Shown piece after piece: positions 40,173 to 54,102 of a stretch of 64,000 nucleotides of DNA. A model generated the notes under the pieces. The model was not told where the DNA came from. It made no database searches and saw nothing but the letters and a program-made list of their open reading frames with translations. The translations under genes and the position numbers were made by a program. How positions within the stretch are numbered: position 1 is the first letter of the stretch; every line of letters begins with the position of its first letter. The stretch is from Octopus sinensis. Taxonomy: Eukaryota. Location: NCBI RefSeq assembly GCF_006345805.1, contig NC_043013.1, positions 20,646,001 to 20,710,000 on the forward strand. Reading direction: 5' to 3'.

Positions 40173-41056
40173 GTTATTGAAACTGAAACCGTTTCAAATT
40201 TACAATGGAAGGCATTAACACAATGCAATATGCAGTAAGGCATAATCCGGATCCGACTGGTTGAAAAGGAAATTCCTTCGCTAAATAAGTATTCCTATAT
40301 CTGTTCTAAAAGCCTTGGGAAAATTGTCTCACAACAGATGGAGACATGGAAGAATTAATTATTAATACAAACAGCTGTTTGTAGTTGAAACGAATTCTAT
40401 TAACAACTTAAACTTTTCTGCTTTCCTATGTTATCTAACTGTATAAGGTGTTGGAGCTTTATACCGTAAGACGAACTACACTGAGTATGTTGTATTCAGT
40501 ATAGGATATTTCTATTTCATCTTTTTGTCTGTTTTTTTTTTATAATTTTTTTTTATAATTTTGTCTTATATTTTCTTTTCACACGTTGAAGTAAAATATG
40601 ATTTGTCAAAAAGTTCCCGTTTACCTTTGTCTTGATGTTGGAGAAGTATTATATCAGCTCATCATAAATCTTTATCTGGTACCTAAATACGTTCCAAGAG
40701 ATCTAATCCCAAGTGTGGCCGTTTCATCTATCTAATACGTAGGCCTTTGTTATCTAAACGGGTTTTCTTATTCATTTACACATAGAAGTATTATTGCAAA
40801 GAAAATTTGGCTATTATGTAGAGCATGTATTGCAACCTCGTACATGTTTTCTCGTTTGATAAACCATATTTTCAAAGAATTAGAATTATTGTTGTTGTTT
40901 CACTCTAGTTCAATCCTGTAATATATTCCATCAACATAAGTTATATCGTACAAACAAAGAAATCAAAGAAGCGCGTATTGTCCCAGCCTGGACACACACA
41001 GTTACTGGAAGAACTAAAAGAATATAAAATTAATGCGTCTGAAGTTGTTGCCAGAA

Positions 41057-41210
41057 GTGGCGAGCTGGTAGAATCTTTAGCAAGCCAGGCAATATACTTA
41101 ACAGCATTTCGTTCATCTTTACATTCTGAGTTCAATTTCCACCGAGTTCAACTTTGCTTTTCATCGTTTCGGGATCGATAAAACAAGTGCCATTTGAGAA
41201 TGGAAATCAA
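41057..41210 (+). mobile_element. SINE family C, degenerate
   Basis: gtggcgagctggtagaatc...ttctgagttcaatttccaccgagttcaactttgcttttcatcgtttcgggatcgataaa. Confidence 0.7.
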
Positions 41211-43040
41211 TCAAGCAAGCATTGTCCCAATAGTGTCACACACAGTTGGTGAAAGAACGAAAATACTAAAATTAATGCATGTGGCATTGCTGTCGCTGGC
41301 GCCCGGCAAGTTTCAATCGCGAAATGTTTTTAACATATGAAGAACTACATATTGATTGCCATTTCTTCCCACTAGAATGACATTCTACTTACTGAAACCA
41401 ATGAGGGACTTATTACATGGTTCCTTGATATGCTAGACTGTACAGCTAATGTTCCCTCAAAACAGTCGTTATCAGATTTAAATTGACACATTGGATTAAA
41501 TAATGAATGAAAAGGCCGAGATGGTCGTGGCTGGAAATCAGTGCACATAGCTCCGCTTGACGAGGGTTTTATCTTGTGTTGAGCTAACAGACAATGTCGA
41601 TTGAGAGAAAGATAAAGAATATCATTTGTTTACCAAACGTGTGAGATTTCTTCTCTTCGGCGCGGGGTTGTTGGGATTAAGAAATACAGATCAATGGCTG
41701 TAATAGGAAAATTTAGAACAGTCCACGGTCAGCCAGTCAATCTGATATGTGCTACATCATCATCATCACCATCATCACCATCACCACCTTCATTTTATGG
41801 CTATTTCTCAGCTAGCATAAATTGGGTGTCTCTCCCACTAGCTCAGTATTTGCTACTTGTCATCTTACGGCTTCAACAATAGACAACGCTAGTTGTCTGT
41901 TGTTATGTATATGTCTATTGGCATAGTTTTAACTGTTGTGTGCCCTTCTTATCGTCACACACTTTACTGTGTGTGATAAGATGTTCTTTATCATTGTGCC
42001 AGAGATGTTGGAGGTGGAGCATTGAAGATTCATCTCTCCCTTGCGTCCGTTATATTACTATCAACATAATTTAAAACTTCAGTGGAAAATTCCTTCGATA
42101 GAAAATGGCGATTCACATAAAAAAAACAGCAATACAATACTAAATAATCTGAATAACTAATAAAAGAGAATGATCCTCATAAGATTAAGCACGTGACCAT
42201 TATTTAATATTTAATGAAATCTATTTTATCAGGCATCTTATAGCAGGTCACCGTTTCTCTTTTGTATTGTAATCTCAAGTAGGAGCGTCGGTTTCATTAT
42301 GGTGTTACACCATGATAAATAGCTCCAAATTATTTGATTTCTGTGAGATGGAAATGAAACAAGCAACCTTTATTCAAGCTACTTTTCAAGTCGATAAGGA
42401 TTTCTGTGTTGTTCATAAAGGAATTCTACAAATAATTTCAGGTTACGAAGATATTCTGGCTAAAGTGTCAGAAAGAAAGAGAGAGAAAAAAGGTGAGAGA
42501 GAGAGAGAGAGAGAGAGAGATGACATGTAGTAATATATCAAATAACGGGAAATTACATTTAATAGATGACAGTCATATTGCAGCAGGATATCCTAAAATA
42601 TTGTTATTTAGTGCTCGTTGGTAAGACCAAATCGCGCTGCAAGGTAACCTAGGAGAGTATTTCAGCAAATAAAACATTTGCCATTTTAGTGTTCTATTTA
42701 TTGTGGCTTATCCCAGATTAGCCCTACGATGATAAGCATTCCAGTGATGATCATCCTGTCTCTTTAGTGCTATGTAGGAGAACATCCTTATCATAAGTAC
42801 CTATTCATTTCCTAAGACAGTAGAACATGAGGGATTTTGCTGCAATTTTTAAGAGATAGGGCGAAGCTCCCGCATTATACAGGATTATTATCTGCTACCA
42901 GCAAGCCAAGGAAAAAGCAGCATTTATACCGTCGTTCGACATATTAGGAGTTAGAGCCAAATACCGACTCGTATCAATACGGCGATGACAATGTAATCTA
43001 AGACACAGGAAGATACTAAACGCTAAGCAGGTTTGACTTT

Positions 43041-43055
43041 AGGTCACGTTGACCT
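43041..43055. promoter_or_regulatory. Perfect palindromic estrogen-response element (IR3)
   Basis: AGGTCA-cgt-TGACCT, with an extra TGACTT half-site at 43034. The sequence match is exact; function is untested. Confidence 0.45.
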
Positions 43056-43356
43056 CGACACTATGATGTAAAAGTAAGCTATATCGAAAGAAATGTCAAA
43101 TCGTAGTCTGTATTTGTGATTTTATAAAGGGAACAACTGTAAAAATGATTATATGGATTGTAATTACTGACTTTTGCAATCAGGGTCAATTAAGGAGATT
43201 TTATGTTATAGATCACCAAGATAGAAATAATAGCCAAATTTTCTAAAAGCATAACTTAGCATCATTTGAAAGGACAAGCGGGATTTCATGGTCCAAGATA
43301 TATATATATATAAATATATATATATATAATATATATATATATAATATATATATATA

Positions 43357-43564
43357 GTTAATCCAAACAAGAAAACACAAAAAAAACACAACAGCGCGAG
43401 GACGTGGAACAAATATAGTATTATTGGACGCTCAGGAAAGAAGGAAAGAAAAAGGGTTTAACGTTTCGAGCGTAGCTCTTCGTCGGAAACATAGGAGAAG
43501 GAAAGATCCAGAGAAAGGAAGACAGAGGAAAAAAAAATCGCCAACGGTACACACGAGGTCACAT
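43357..43564 (-). mobile_element. ~205-bp hammerhead-bearing element (copy C, best preserved)
   Basis: Same termini as copy A; the 3' end abuts (TA)n. Confidence 0.85.
43456..43490 (-). ncRNA. Minimal type I hammerhead ribozyme-like motif
   Basis: GUUU-CCGACGA-A-GAGC-UAC-GCUC-GAAACGU-U-AAAC: helix I GUUU/AAAC, helix II GAGC/GCUC, palindromic helix III ACGU. The core has CCGA instead of CUGA. Confidence 0.6.
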
Positions 43565-44519
43565 TTTGAAAAACCGTGTATGTATGTTTTGTATAACTGT
43601 CTGAAAGTGAACGCAAAACGTATATCCCTCTTCGTGACCAGAACAATTAACATTATTTCGATTATCATCTCTGCTTTCATTCCGATTTAGGATTTTATTA
43701 CAAATCAAGTGGCGTAGTTTTCTGTCCACAGAGACTGATAGGCCAAAGCAATTTATATCAAACACAAACCGGAAATCTGTAGAAACGACCAGTCGAATTT
43801 GCATTCGTCGTCCTTATCGGGATTAATTATGCGCAGCTTTATATGCATCTTTGATAAGTTGAAATTATAAATTATACGCATTACAATATATACTGAAATG
43901 GCGTATGTGTGCGTGTATGTGTGTGTGTGTGTGTTTGTGTGTCTGTGTGCGTGTACCTACATAGGTTTTGACTTATTCTAATGTGGATTGCATGAAAGAT
44001 TTACGTATGATGAAATAATCCTCTTCCCTAACATCTAATTATATGGATTCAAGTTAATAATGTTATCCAATATGCTATACGTCGTAAGTAGTATAACTAT
44101 CTACGATATATAATATTGTATAGCCAATAAGCATTTAATGTCCTATATATTCTAGAATGCTATCTGACAACTGCGATATTCATAGACTACGAAGTTTCGA
44201 ATTCGATCCAACAGCGTGAGATTGTTGGAAAATATCAGTTCCTATTGCCTATTTTACACTCATTCTTTGTAGATGAAATTGTTTAAAAGTCCGTCGGGTG
44301 CAGTATATTTGTTTCTAATTCTAAAGTACAACCTTGCCATCCCCTGTGCTACTCTTGCTGATTTATCGGATATTTACGGTAAATATCTTCAAGCAAGAGT
44401 GCGCATATACAACTCCAGAGTCATAAAAGACTGATTCGATCAAAATAAAAATAGTATTCTCTCTAATATGCTTTTGAGCACTTTGTCTTCCGACAGTCAA
44501 CGTTAATCGTATATATACG

Positions 44520-44695
44520 TTTTTTTTCTCTCTCCGTTTTTCCTCTTTATTCCTCATATTTTATATATTTTCCTCCCTTTCTATCGAAGAGCTAAGGCTC
44601 GAAAAGTCAAAGACTTTCCATTCTTCCCGAGCGTCAAACTAAAACACCTGATTGTTGTTCCCTCACCTGTTTTCGTCCTTTGTTTCAAGTATTAA
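44520..44695 (+). mobile_element. Divergent relative of the hammerhead-bearing element (copy E)
   Basis: 44577-44612 reads CUUU-CUAUCGA-A-GAGC-UAAG-GCUC-GAAAA-GUC-AAAG, followed by cccgagcgtc and ttgttcc as in the other copies. Confidence 0.55.
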
Positions 44696-44711
44696 TAAAT
44701 TTGAACTGTAT

Positions 44712-44905
44712 TCTTTTATTCTTTTACTTGTTTCAGGCATTTGACTGCGGCCATGCTACAGCACCGCTTTTTTTTTAGTCGAACAAATCGACCCCAGGAC
44801 TTATTCGTTCTAAGCTAGGTAATATTCTATCGTCCCTTTTGCTGGACCGCTAAGTTACGGGGACATAAACACACCAGAATCGGTCGTCAAGGGAACAAAC
44901 ACATA
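44712..44905 (-). mobile_element. SINE family B, 3' half
   Basis: tttacttgtttcaggcatttgactgcggccatgct...aaatcgaccccaggacttattc...ccgctaagttacggggac. Confidence 0.8.
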
Positions 44906-44927
44906 TATCATATAAATGTATATATAT

Positions 44928-45081
44928 ATGTGACCGCGTGTGTATCGTTGGCGATTTTTTCCTCCGTTTTCCCATCCTTGGATCTTTCCTTTTTCTATGT
45001 TTCTGACGAAGAGCTTCGCTCGGAACGTTAAATCTTTCTTTCCTTTCCTGAGCGTGTTTTTCAAGTTTGGATTAACTTTCT

Positions 45082-45085
<4 letters not shown>
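44928..45085 (+). mobile_element. Hammerhead-bearing element, internally deleted (copy D)
   Basis: Starts atgtgaccgcgtg like copies A and C and ends tttggattaac near (TA)n. 44999-45033 reads GUUU-CUGACGA-A-GAGC-UUC-GCUC-GGAAC-GUU-AAAU. Confidence 0.8.
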
Positions 45086-45152
<67 letters not shown>

Positions 45153-45298
45153 TTATAAGTATATGAGAGAATGGAGTTGAACGACTAGTTAACAAATATC
45201 CTTTATTCTCGACATATGTTTCTTTCTGATGTGAATTTGCTACCCAGGTATCGGTTATCTTTCGAATTATCCTCAATAAGATAATTCATTCAACTACT

Positions 45299-45350
<52 letters not shown>

Positions 45351-46798
45351 CAGGAGGGGCTAAATGGCACGCACCAAATCATTTGATATATTATTCATAT
45401 TATGTTATCATTATGACTGTAGATGCTGCTCATCCTGTTCAAGAACGAGTGAATTGATCATTATTTTATTTGTTTTATTTAATTTTAGAAAATTTGAGGT
45501 ATATCTTCGACAATTGTGGAACCTGTTCAACTTACTTTGAGCCTAAATTTTAGCCCAACTTGCATGTGTGTCTCTGTGTGTGAGTGTGTGTGTGCGTGCC
45601 TGTACCCATGTATGTATGCATGTGTATGTATGTATGTATGTATATATGTGTATATATATATATATATATAGCTGAGTGGACTGGGGTAGCATGTAATGAA
45701 GTGCTTTGGTAAGGAACACCATTTATTCCCCTCCCACACATCCACGTTCTACATGCAAAAGTGTGTGTACGCGTATGTATATATATGTATATATATGCTG
45801 TGTGTGAGTATGTGGGCGTGCGTGTGTGTGAGCGCGCGTGTATATTTTTTTATAGTATCTACGTAATATGCCATATATTATTTACATATTCTTTCGTACA
45901 GGATATGTAATAAGCTTCTAATGTACTTAATATTAAGCAGTAGCCAATTTACTATATAATATATTCATTGTACATTTAAATATGTACTTTATTGTACACA
46001 AATCGGTTAATGGAATATTCCATTGATCTCCGGCATTAGATCACTTAATGGAGACGAGAGACTGAAGAATCTCATTGAGGCATGCTGGGATACCTAATAA
46101 AGAAAATAAACTAAGTTTAACATTGCAGAACAAAATTTGGTAACGTGTGAAGGTAGGGGAAGATATTTCGTTGCTGCATGTTGACGTAGTGGCGTTTGTT
46201 ATCAGCTGTCAGTTGTTCTTTTACCATTTTTGCGCGCATCTTTCCTTCACAATTGAATTCTTTACAATATATCTTAAACAATTGATCCGAGATTCCAAGG
46301 TTAGACTTCCCTTTCAACGTTGTCTGTTGCTTTGTTTTCACTTTATTTATTCATTTATTTGTTTATGAAATTGTCCTCTTCGTCTTGGCTTCCATTTTAT
46401 GATTTCTTTATTGTATTTGTCGCATTCTTGTTGTTGTTGTTGTTGTTGTGTTGTTGTTGTTTCTGTTCTTTTCTGCTGCTACTGTTGTTACTGTTGCTGC
46501 TAACAATTCAGTTGCTGTACTCTTTTATTCCTAATTCGCCAGTCCTATATTCAAAGGTTTTCCAACTATAATCATTGCATGTTTTTGTATAATTCAGAAA
46601 TAGTGTGTCTAGGAGTGCATTATCTGATAATACCCCATTATTGTTTCGCCTTGCAATCAACCCCTGATCCAGTATATCTTTGACATAGGGTACGTAGGTT
46701 TACCTTACCGAATATGTAATTCTTTTATGGTGTTATTTCAGGGATATTTACTAGTTATTAAAAGTATGAGGGGTAACCGTGTTGGCCGTCCCTTGTTG

Positions 46799-46983
<185 letters not shown>

Positions 46984-46994
46984 TTTGAAAGATA

Positions 46995-47281
46995 GTTCTT
47001 AAGTATCGGTTATTATTTACTTGGTAGCAGCAATAACAAATCCCCAAAGGTTTCAAGTGGTGCTTTCTTCTCTAACTCACAGAGACAATACTCTCCTTAG
47101 AACGTTAGCTGTACACGACAATGCTGTCACCTGGATCACTTCGAGCCTGGCAGCAGCTCCAATATGATTAATATGTTTTTCAGAGCCCTTGGAAGATGTT
47201 GCTAATGCTCCAATTGCCACCGGCATCACCTTTCTTTCCTCATGCCCCACAACTTTCCTATCTCATCCCGCAGTGGCTGGT
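46995..47281 (-). mobile_element. R4/Dong-like LINE 3' fragment
   Basis: Minus strand reads KVMPVAIGALATSSKGSEKHINHIGAAARLEVIQVTALSCTANVLRRVLSL*; it lies between two ATT-type arrays. Confidence 0.7.
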
Positions 47282-47298
47282 ATTAATTATTATTATTA

Positions 47299-47360
<62 letters not shown>

Positions 47361-47398
47361 ATTATTATTATTATCATTATTATTATTATTATTATTAT

Positions 47399-47878
47399 TC
47401 AGTGCCTTGGGTATGTGCTGTGGTTTGGTTTGATGCTCTTATGGCTACTGTATTGAAAGTGTTTTGCGTAGGATGTGTGCAGTGCCAAGTAGTGAAATTT
47501 TCTGTATTTTAGATATATTTGTAAGTCCTGGAGTTTTTGTTATGTATCTGGGCAGCCAGAGATAATATGATTTATTGTTTCTTGTCCATCTCCACATATT
47601 CGGCAGTTACTTGTTATGTTTCGTTTCATTACATGTTTTTGGTAATTTCTGGTGGGGAGGCTTTGGTCTTGTGTTGCAGTTAAAAATCCCTCTGTCTTTA
47701 CTTTGAGGTCTGAGCTTCTCAATCATTGCTGTGATTTTTCTCTGTCTAATTCTTTTGCATTTAGTTTAATCCAGAATTTGCCATGAAGGGTCTTTTCTTG
47801 ACATCGTTTTAACATGGTCCGTTGCTGTTCTAGTTTTAGTTTGGATTTCTCCTCCTCCTCTTCTCCTTGCAAAGTTCC
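47399..47878 (-). mobile_element. R4/Dong-like LINE 3' fragment with zinc knuckle, internally deleted
   Basis: EKTLHGKFW...; LKVKTEGFLTATQDQSLPTRNY...CRICGDGQETINHIISGCP; then KTPGLTNISKIQKISLLGTAHILRKTLSIQ*. The 3' end runs into (TAA)n. Confidence 0.9.
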
Positions 47879-50129
47879 ACTAATCCAGGTAGATGGATAT
47901 ATATGGTTCAAATTTACATAAATCAAAAGACAGAGACACGTGAGGGAATAACAAGCAGATGCTTGTTGGTTTGATGCTCGTGGAAAATAGAAAAATTTTT
48001 GATGTATCGAGCTTACGCTCTTCGACAGATAGGGGTGGCAGGAACAAAAGAGGAGAAAGAGAGAGTAAAACAATATGGAGATAGAAAAACCGATTCTGGA
48101 TTAATGGTTCCACATGTTGAAAAATGATAGATAGATTGGAGATAAAGAGCTAGGTAGATAAAGATATAGGTTGACAGGTAGAGGTGTGTTTGTGTGTTTG
48201 AGTGTGTGTGTGTGAGTGTGCGGGCGCTCCTGATCATCCTGTACTGACCGTCACCAGATTATCAGACGAGTACAAACCCATAACTTCTCGTGGCGTACTA
48301 AACTTTCCAATTCCCAGATTAAATTCACAACTGTAATGAGTTCTTTACTTCTTAGGGGTACGAGTGAATAGCACACTATAATTCCTCGAGTACACACGGA
48401 TGAATTTCGTGCGTTAGGGCGTCAAAGACATTTTAGTATCCTTAAGGATGACTGATACCTTCTGTTGTGACTTTCTTTAAACTGAAGAACATTTGTGCAA
48501 CCTCAAACCCACTCTTCGACCTGGTGACACGACCAAGTCATGAGGACAAGGAATCTTTTCTACTCTAGGCACAAGGCCCGAAATTTTGGGGGTGGGGCCA
48601 ATGGAATCAGATGCAGTGAATGACAAACATGTCTTACGTCATCTTGTACTCTGCACTCTGCGATTCGTTACTGCAGACACCTTTCCCTCTGCCAGACAGT
48701 CTTCACATACACTGCTAGGCAAGCCCTAATATGCTACTTGACCCACACCTGGGACCCTGACGTGTGCTACTATTCTGGGTTAGATTATACCTTAGGACAA
48801 TAGTGACTAAGAGGTGGTTCCACACTTCTCCAAAACCCTGGGATTCCCAAAGCAGTGATGCACTACCAGAGGCAGTTTAAAGTCATAGTCAGATCTTACA
48901 CACAAAATACGTGCGCACGCATGCTTAAGAATATATCTGTAACAGATTGATCCAAATGAATATCATTGTATAAGTATTGATTTCAATCTGTAATATATTG
49001 CCGTATTGACATCTACAGTGTAATGGCGAATATCAAATATTCTTGATTGAAAACAAATGAATTTAGATTCTTTTAAATTATCAAGCCAAAATTTTAAAAA
49101 ATGTGTTAGCTTAGAAAAGACTAGAAAAAACAATAACCGTCTCTCCCTCCGCCCGCTTCTACTCCGCTTCAATATTCAGTATTTTTACATCGTTTTTTTT
49201 TTCTTCTCTTTTATTCTGTTATTCTCAATGTTATTTCTGAAGACTCTACAGTTTATATTTCCTGCACATCACTGTGTTTATTTATTCAATCTCTTTTCAC
49301 TGCACTTGATGAAGTTTCGTCTTCTGATTTCCTCTTTCAAGAGCCTATTATGTTTGTAAAATATGTATTGGGAGATATTGAAATATCAACATTTAGCACA
49401 GGCATCTAAATACATAAGCACACATACACACGCACACACACACACACACACACGCACACACACACACACGCACACTCACACACACACACACACGCACACA
49501 CTCATTCACACACACACACACATATACATAGACTATGGCGCGCGTGCACACGCATAAGCATACATTCATTTTCTGAGTGGGGAGATGTATATATATATAT
49601 TTATACATACAATACGTATGTGTGTGTATATATGAATATATGTATACATTTAATATTAGTATTTGTGTGTGTGTGTATGTATGTATGTATATGAATGTAT
49701 ACATATATTTAAAGTTGTAATAATGAAATCAAACCAAACAGTGATACTTTGATATCATTTAATACGTACGTTTCAAGTCTGACTCGAGTGAATGTGTATT
49801 TTCACAGCCTGTATTAAAGAGAAAGTGTAACCATGGTGTTAAGCTAAATAGAATAAACAGGTCGGAAATAGATATTTCTGCACTTTAGGTTAAATTTGAG
49901 AAATTGTATGAAGGGAGGGATTCGAAATACCGTTTTCTTCAGAGAGGGTTCCCTTTCCGAAATTAAGAAACTTTTAGCTTCAGTTTTTGTAACAGACTGA
50001 TTAAAGTGGCGAAGGAGAAATGAAGAAAAGTTAAAATAAAATGAATGATGATACCTATTATTCGTTGCTCCGTTGACAATATTAAGGATAGGAATGGCAC
50101 AGAACCTTTTAGCAGTCGATGTTAAGAAT

Positions 50130-51060
50130 GTAAATATACGTATTAGTTTTACACTAGGTTGGAATAGAGGTGATAGATTAACTATAGTAAGTTTTCGTCG
50201 AATTATAACCTAGGAAGCTTTAGGAGCATTTATCTAGGAACATGTTATTGTGATAAGTCTGAATTATCTTATAATGAAGTTAGACATGTTTATACGAGGA
50301 AATTTGATATTATTAAATATGAGAAGGCTATTATAAATAAGATTACGAAATGTAGGGAATGGTGTAATATTAGTAGACATAGATTAGAAGAGTTTATTTT
50401 AAAATCGATTAGCGATGATTTTATAGTTACGTCTTAAATACAGAGTTAAAGAATAGAAATTTGAGAACTGGTGGAATAGAATAGCTAATTGGTCACTGAA
50501 ACGTGTTAGAATTACGATCAGCTTGATAGGAAGTAAATCAGTTTTAAGTAAACTTGAAGTTAAGGAGTATTCAAGTTACATGGTAAGTACGTTATAGTAG
50601 CGGTAGATAAAGCAACAGAGAATTTTTGTTATTATCTGTAAAAAATATTGCGTAATGGCGAGTTGGGTGGAGGTAATTACTTTGGTTTAAAATAGTATAT
50701 ATAACATAGTATTGGATAAGGCTACCGAGATAATAAGGAACTTCCCGAATCGGAAAGTTAAATGGTTCCAACGTGGAAGAAAAAAATTACAGATATCCCA
50801 AATTTTTTGGATTATTAAATTACATAATATACCAATGTACTATCAAACAACTATCTCTATCGCTTACTGAAGTTTATATGCGTTTTGTTCGTACTTTATG
50901 AGGTAGTGCGGACCAATCTTTAACAATTCTGTAGTAAACATATATGGGATTTTGGTTTCCTGACTCTTAAACTCCAAAAGAGTCAAATTCAGTTGGGAAC
51001 ATGCATGTCTGCAACTGTTCTACTTTGTATACTAATCTCGAAATTAATGAACAGTCCTAA
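50130..51060 (+). pseudogene. Penelope-like reverse transcriptase relic (N-terminal part)
   Basis: Collinear frameshifted motifs: CYCDKSELSYNEVRHVYT..FDII (50243), LHGKYVIVAVDKATENF/VIICKKY (~50576), FWIIKLHNIP and CTIKQLSLSLT (~50805-50870), STLYTNL (~51019; compare DFSTLYT). Confidence 0.75.
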
Positions 51061-52078
51061 CTAGAATTAATTTTAATTTGTTGTATTTATGTAGTTTTTG
51101 CTTTGTATTTATTATCTTTACATATATATAATTTTTATTTTTATTCTAATTCTATTATTTATTCTTACTTTTATTTTTACTTCGGTTGATATATATTATA
51201 ATATATTAAGCATATATTTCATAGATATAGATATTGATCTTTGCTTACATTGTTCGAGGACGTTCGTTGTGGATTATACTGTTCCACAATTTTAATTTTT
51301 ATTTTGTTTGTGTAGTATTATGCTTGTGAGATTATATAAACAAAGAAGCAACGAATCTAGCCGTATATGTTCGTTTTATAGTATATATGTTTCAAGTATT
51401 GGTTTGCTATTGGTATTACGTTGAGTATCAGTGCCTGAACAGTTAATATCATAATATCTTTAGTTCGCTTGTTACTTTGTATTATAATTTTAGTATGATA
51501 ATATCCTTTTGGACTGTACGTTTTTTGCTTTATACCTGCTTCTTTGTAACCATAAGTTAATACTAATTATTTTATTTCATGTTGTTGCTTATAATAATAA
51601 GCGGCTGTTGGCGTTATGCACAAATGTTCTTTCACTCCTGCTGATTACTATTATATTCCCAGAAAGCATTTAAGGTTTTAACGCTGTTGTCACTGCCCGA
51701 GTGAATGGCGCTGATCAGGTATAGAAACCACAGTGATATCAGTTTGTCAACTCATGATCGGAATATATATATCGGTTATGTTTGCTTTTCTTTTTTGTTT
51801 TAGTGCCGTTATGTTGAGCTGTCCCTCCTAGTAAAGGAAGGTGTTACTGGATTTATGGTTTCTTGAGATTGCTTACATTAATATTGTTTGTTTTTGTCAT
51901 AGATAACCTTATTAGGTTTGGATAACACTTAGATAATACAAACTAGTTTTGTGAGGTTATGTGGCATATATTAGGAAATGGAACTATTATGCAAGTCTTT
52001 CTCAGTCAAAATGTTTAAAAATATTTTGAATTGTTTTAATTGAATGGCTTGAAACATTTCAAACTATATTGAAATGTA

Positions 52079-52153
52079 TTAACTGAGGAAGATCTTGTGT
52101 AATGGATACGTTTCTTAGTATATCTTATGCAGACTTGAAAACGTACATATTAA
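52079..52153 (+). ncRNA. Degenerate hammerhead ribozyme in the Penelope pseudo-LTR
   Basis: UUAA-CUGAGGA-long imperfect helix II-GAAA(A)CGUACAUA-UUAA. The inverted copy at 49759-49774 preserves GAAAC-GUAC-GUA-UUAA. Confidence 0.6.
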
Positions 52154-53308
52154 ATGATTTATAAATATCAATATTTGGCTTGATTTCATTGTTACAACTT
52201 ATACGAATTGGCGTCAGTACAAACAAGCCGGTCCAGACTCCACTTGCTCACGTATTTTAATACGAATTTGGAGTAGTTTACTTGATTAGAATCGAAAATT
52301 CTGATACTGTGCATCGCTTCTAAACGTAAGATGAGATATATTTCGAAGCACACTATGCTATAAATGTATGTATTGGATTGAAAAGCCCTTTGGGACAGAC
52401 AATATCGAAGAGTACCCGTAGGACGAGAACCAACATCTCCTGTAGATTTGAAAGGTGTTTGACTTTTTCTACCAAAAATGTTTTAACCTTCGACGTAATA
52501 TTTACATACAATTACTTATAGCTTTATCAGCTTCAAGATATACTGATCCAAAGTTTATATCACATTCTCCCGAAAGTTTGAGTTATATAACTCAACATAC
52601 ACACACTTTCTCTCGCTCTTTCCCTCCCTTTTTATCTCTCGCACAAACACACACACACTCACACACACACTCACAAACACACACACACTCACACACACAC
52701 TCACAAACACATACACAAAGAGCAAAATTCCTAGGCAGCGCGAGGGTGGATATACAATAAATATATTTGCATCTGTTCGAATAATAAAGAGATTAGATTA
52801 GATATATAAATATATCATATGTCTAAAACCACAACACACTTTCTACTGAACCGAAGAGCCGACTGGAGAACAGTTCTACTAGTTTCCTCTCATTATTGCT
52901 GTCGCGTACACGGTTTTGCTGTTCACAAAAATAACTCGTTTTACTGATATTTATTAAAATAACGAATATATTTAATGATTCAGCCACTGGCTTTTCTCGG
53001 TATCATATCAGAAGGTATATAGTTTACGGGTGGTTAGACGCACATGTAGACAAATTGGAAATGATTTTATAGATGTACGCTTAATGAACTCACATTTACC
53101 AAGGGAGAAAAGATACCTTGTTAAAAGATACATACAGAGGCTGACTGAACACACACACCCATACACGTGTGTATTTGTATTCATACTTGCATATTTGCGG
53201 GTGGATGGATATATGCGCATATGTATGTTAATATATACATATATATACATATATATATATATATGTATATATATATACATATATATATATTATATATATA
53301 TATATGTA

Positions 53309-53384
<76 letters not shown>

Positions 53385-53406
53385 TAGATATAATTAGATA
53401 TATAGT

Positions 53407-53484
<78 letters not shown>

Positions 53485-53984
53485 TAGATATACATATACC
53501 TATATATATATACATATATATATATGTATGAGTGTATCTGTGTGTGCATTCATATTTGCATATTTGTGTGTGAATGGATATATGTGCATAGTATGTTTAT
53601 ATAGATATATGTGTATGCATTTGGCTATTAGTGTGTGTGTGTGTGTGTGTGTGTGCGTGTGTGTGTGTGTGCATATGTATCTACAGATCCTTATGCCGGT
53701 AATAACCACTGTGAAATTATTATATAAATGTTAATAAAAAAAATGTCTATTGGTTCTAATCTAAAGGAAATTGCTAATTTCTAAAAGGTCAGTAAATGCT
53801 GTTGCGGATAACTCTGAGTTTCCCAACTGTTTCTACCATTAAAGCAAGAAAAAACATTATCTATCACCGTAATCATCAAAGTTCATGATATATATAATCA
53901 CAAGCATACACATATTATAATGGAGTGTGTACATATATATATATAATCGAATGCATATGTATAAATACATATATGAAATGTGCA

Positions 53985-54030
<46 letters not shown>

Positions 54031-54062
54031 AATTTGTGTGCGTGCATGCGTGTGTGTGCGTT

Positions 54063-54102
<40 letters not shown>

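Larger units (their letters stand above)
49712..52200 (+). mobile_element. Decayed Penelope-like retroelement with an inverted partial pseudo-LTR
   Basis: 49712-49781 is an imperfect reverse complement of 52130-52200. RT motifs lie on the plus strand, and a hammerhead motif lies in the right terminus. Confidence 0.75.

Noticed and set aside
49900-50100. Minus-strand peptide KSFLISEREPSLKK resembling a GIY-YIG C-terminus
   Set aside because: The stronger collinear RT motifs are on the plus strand, so the resemblance is treated as chance.
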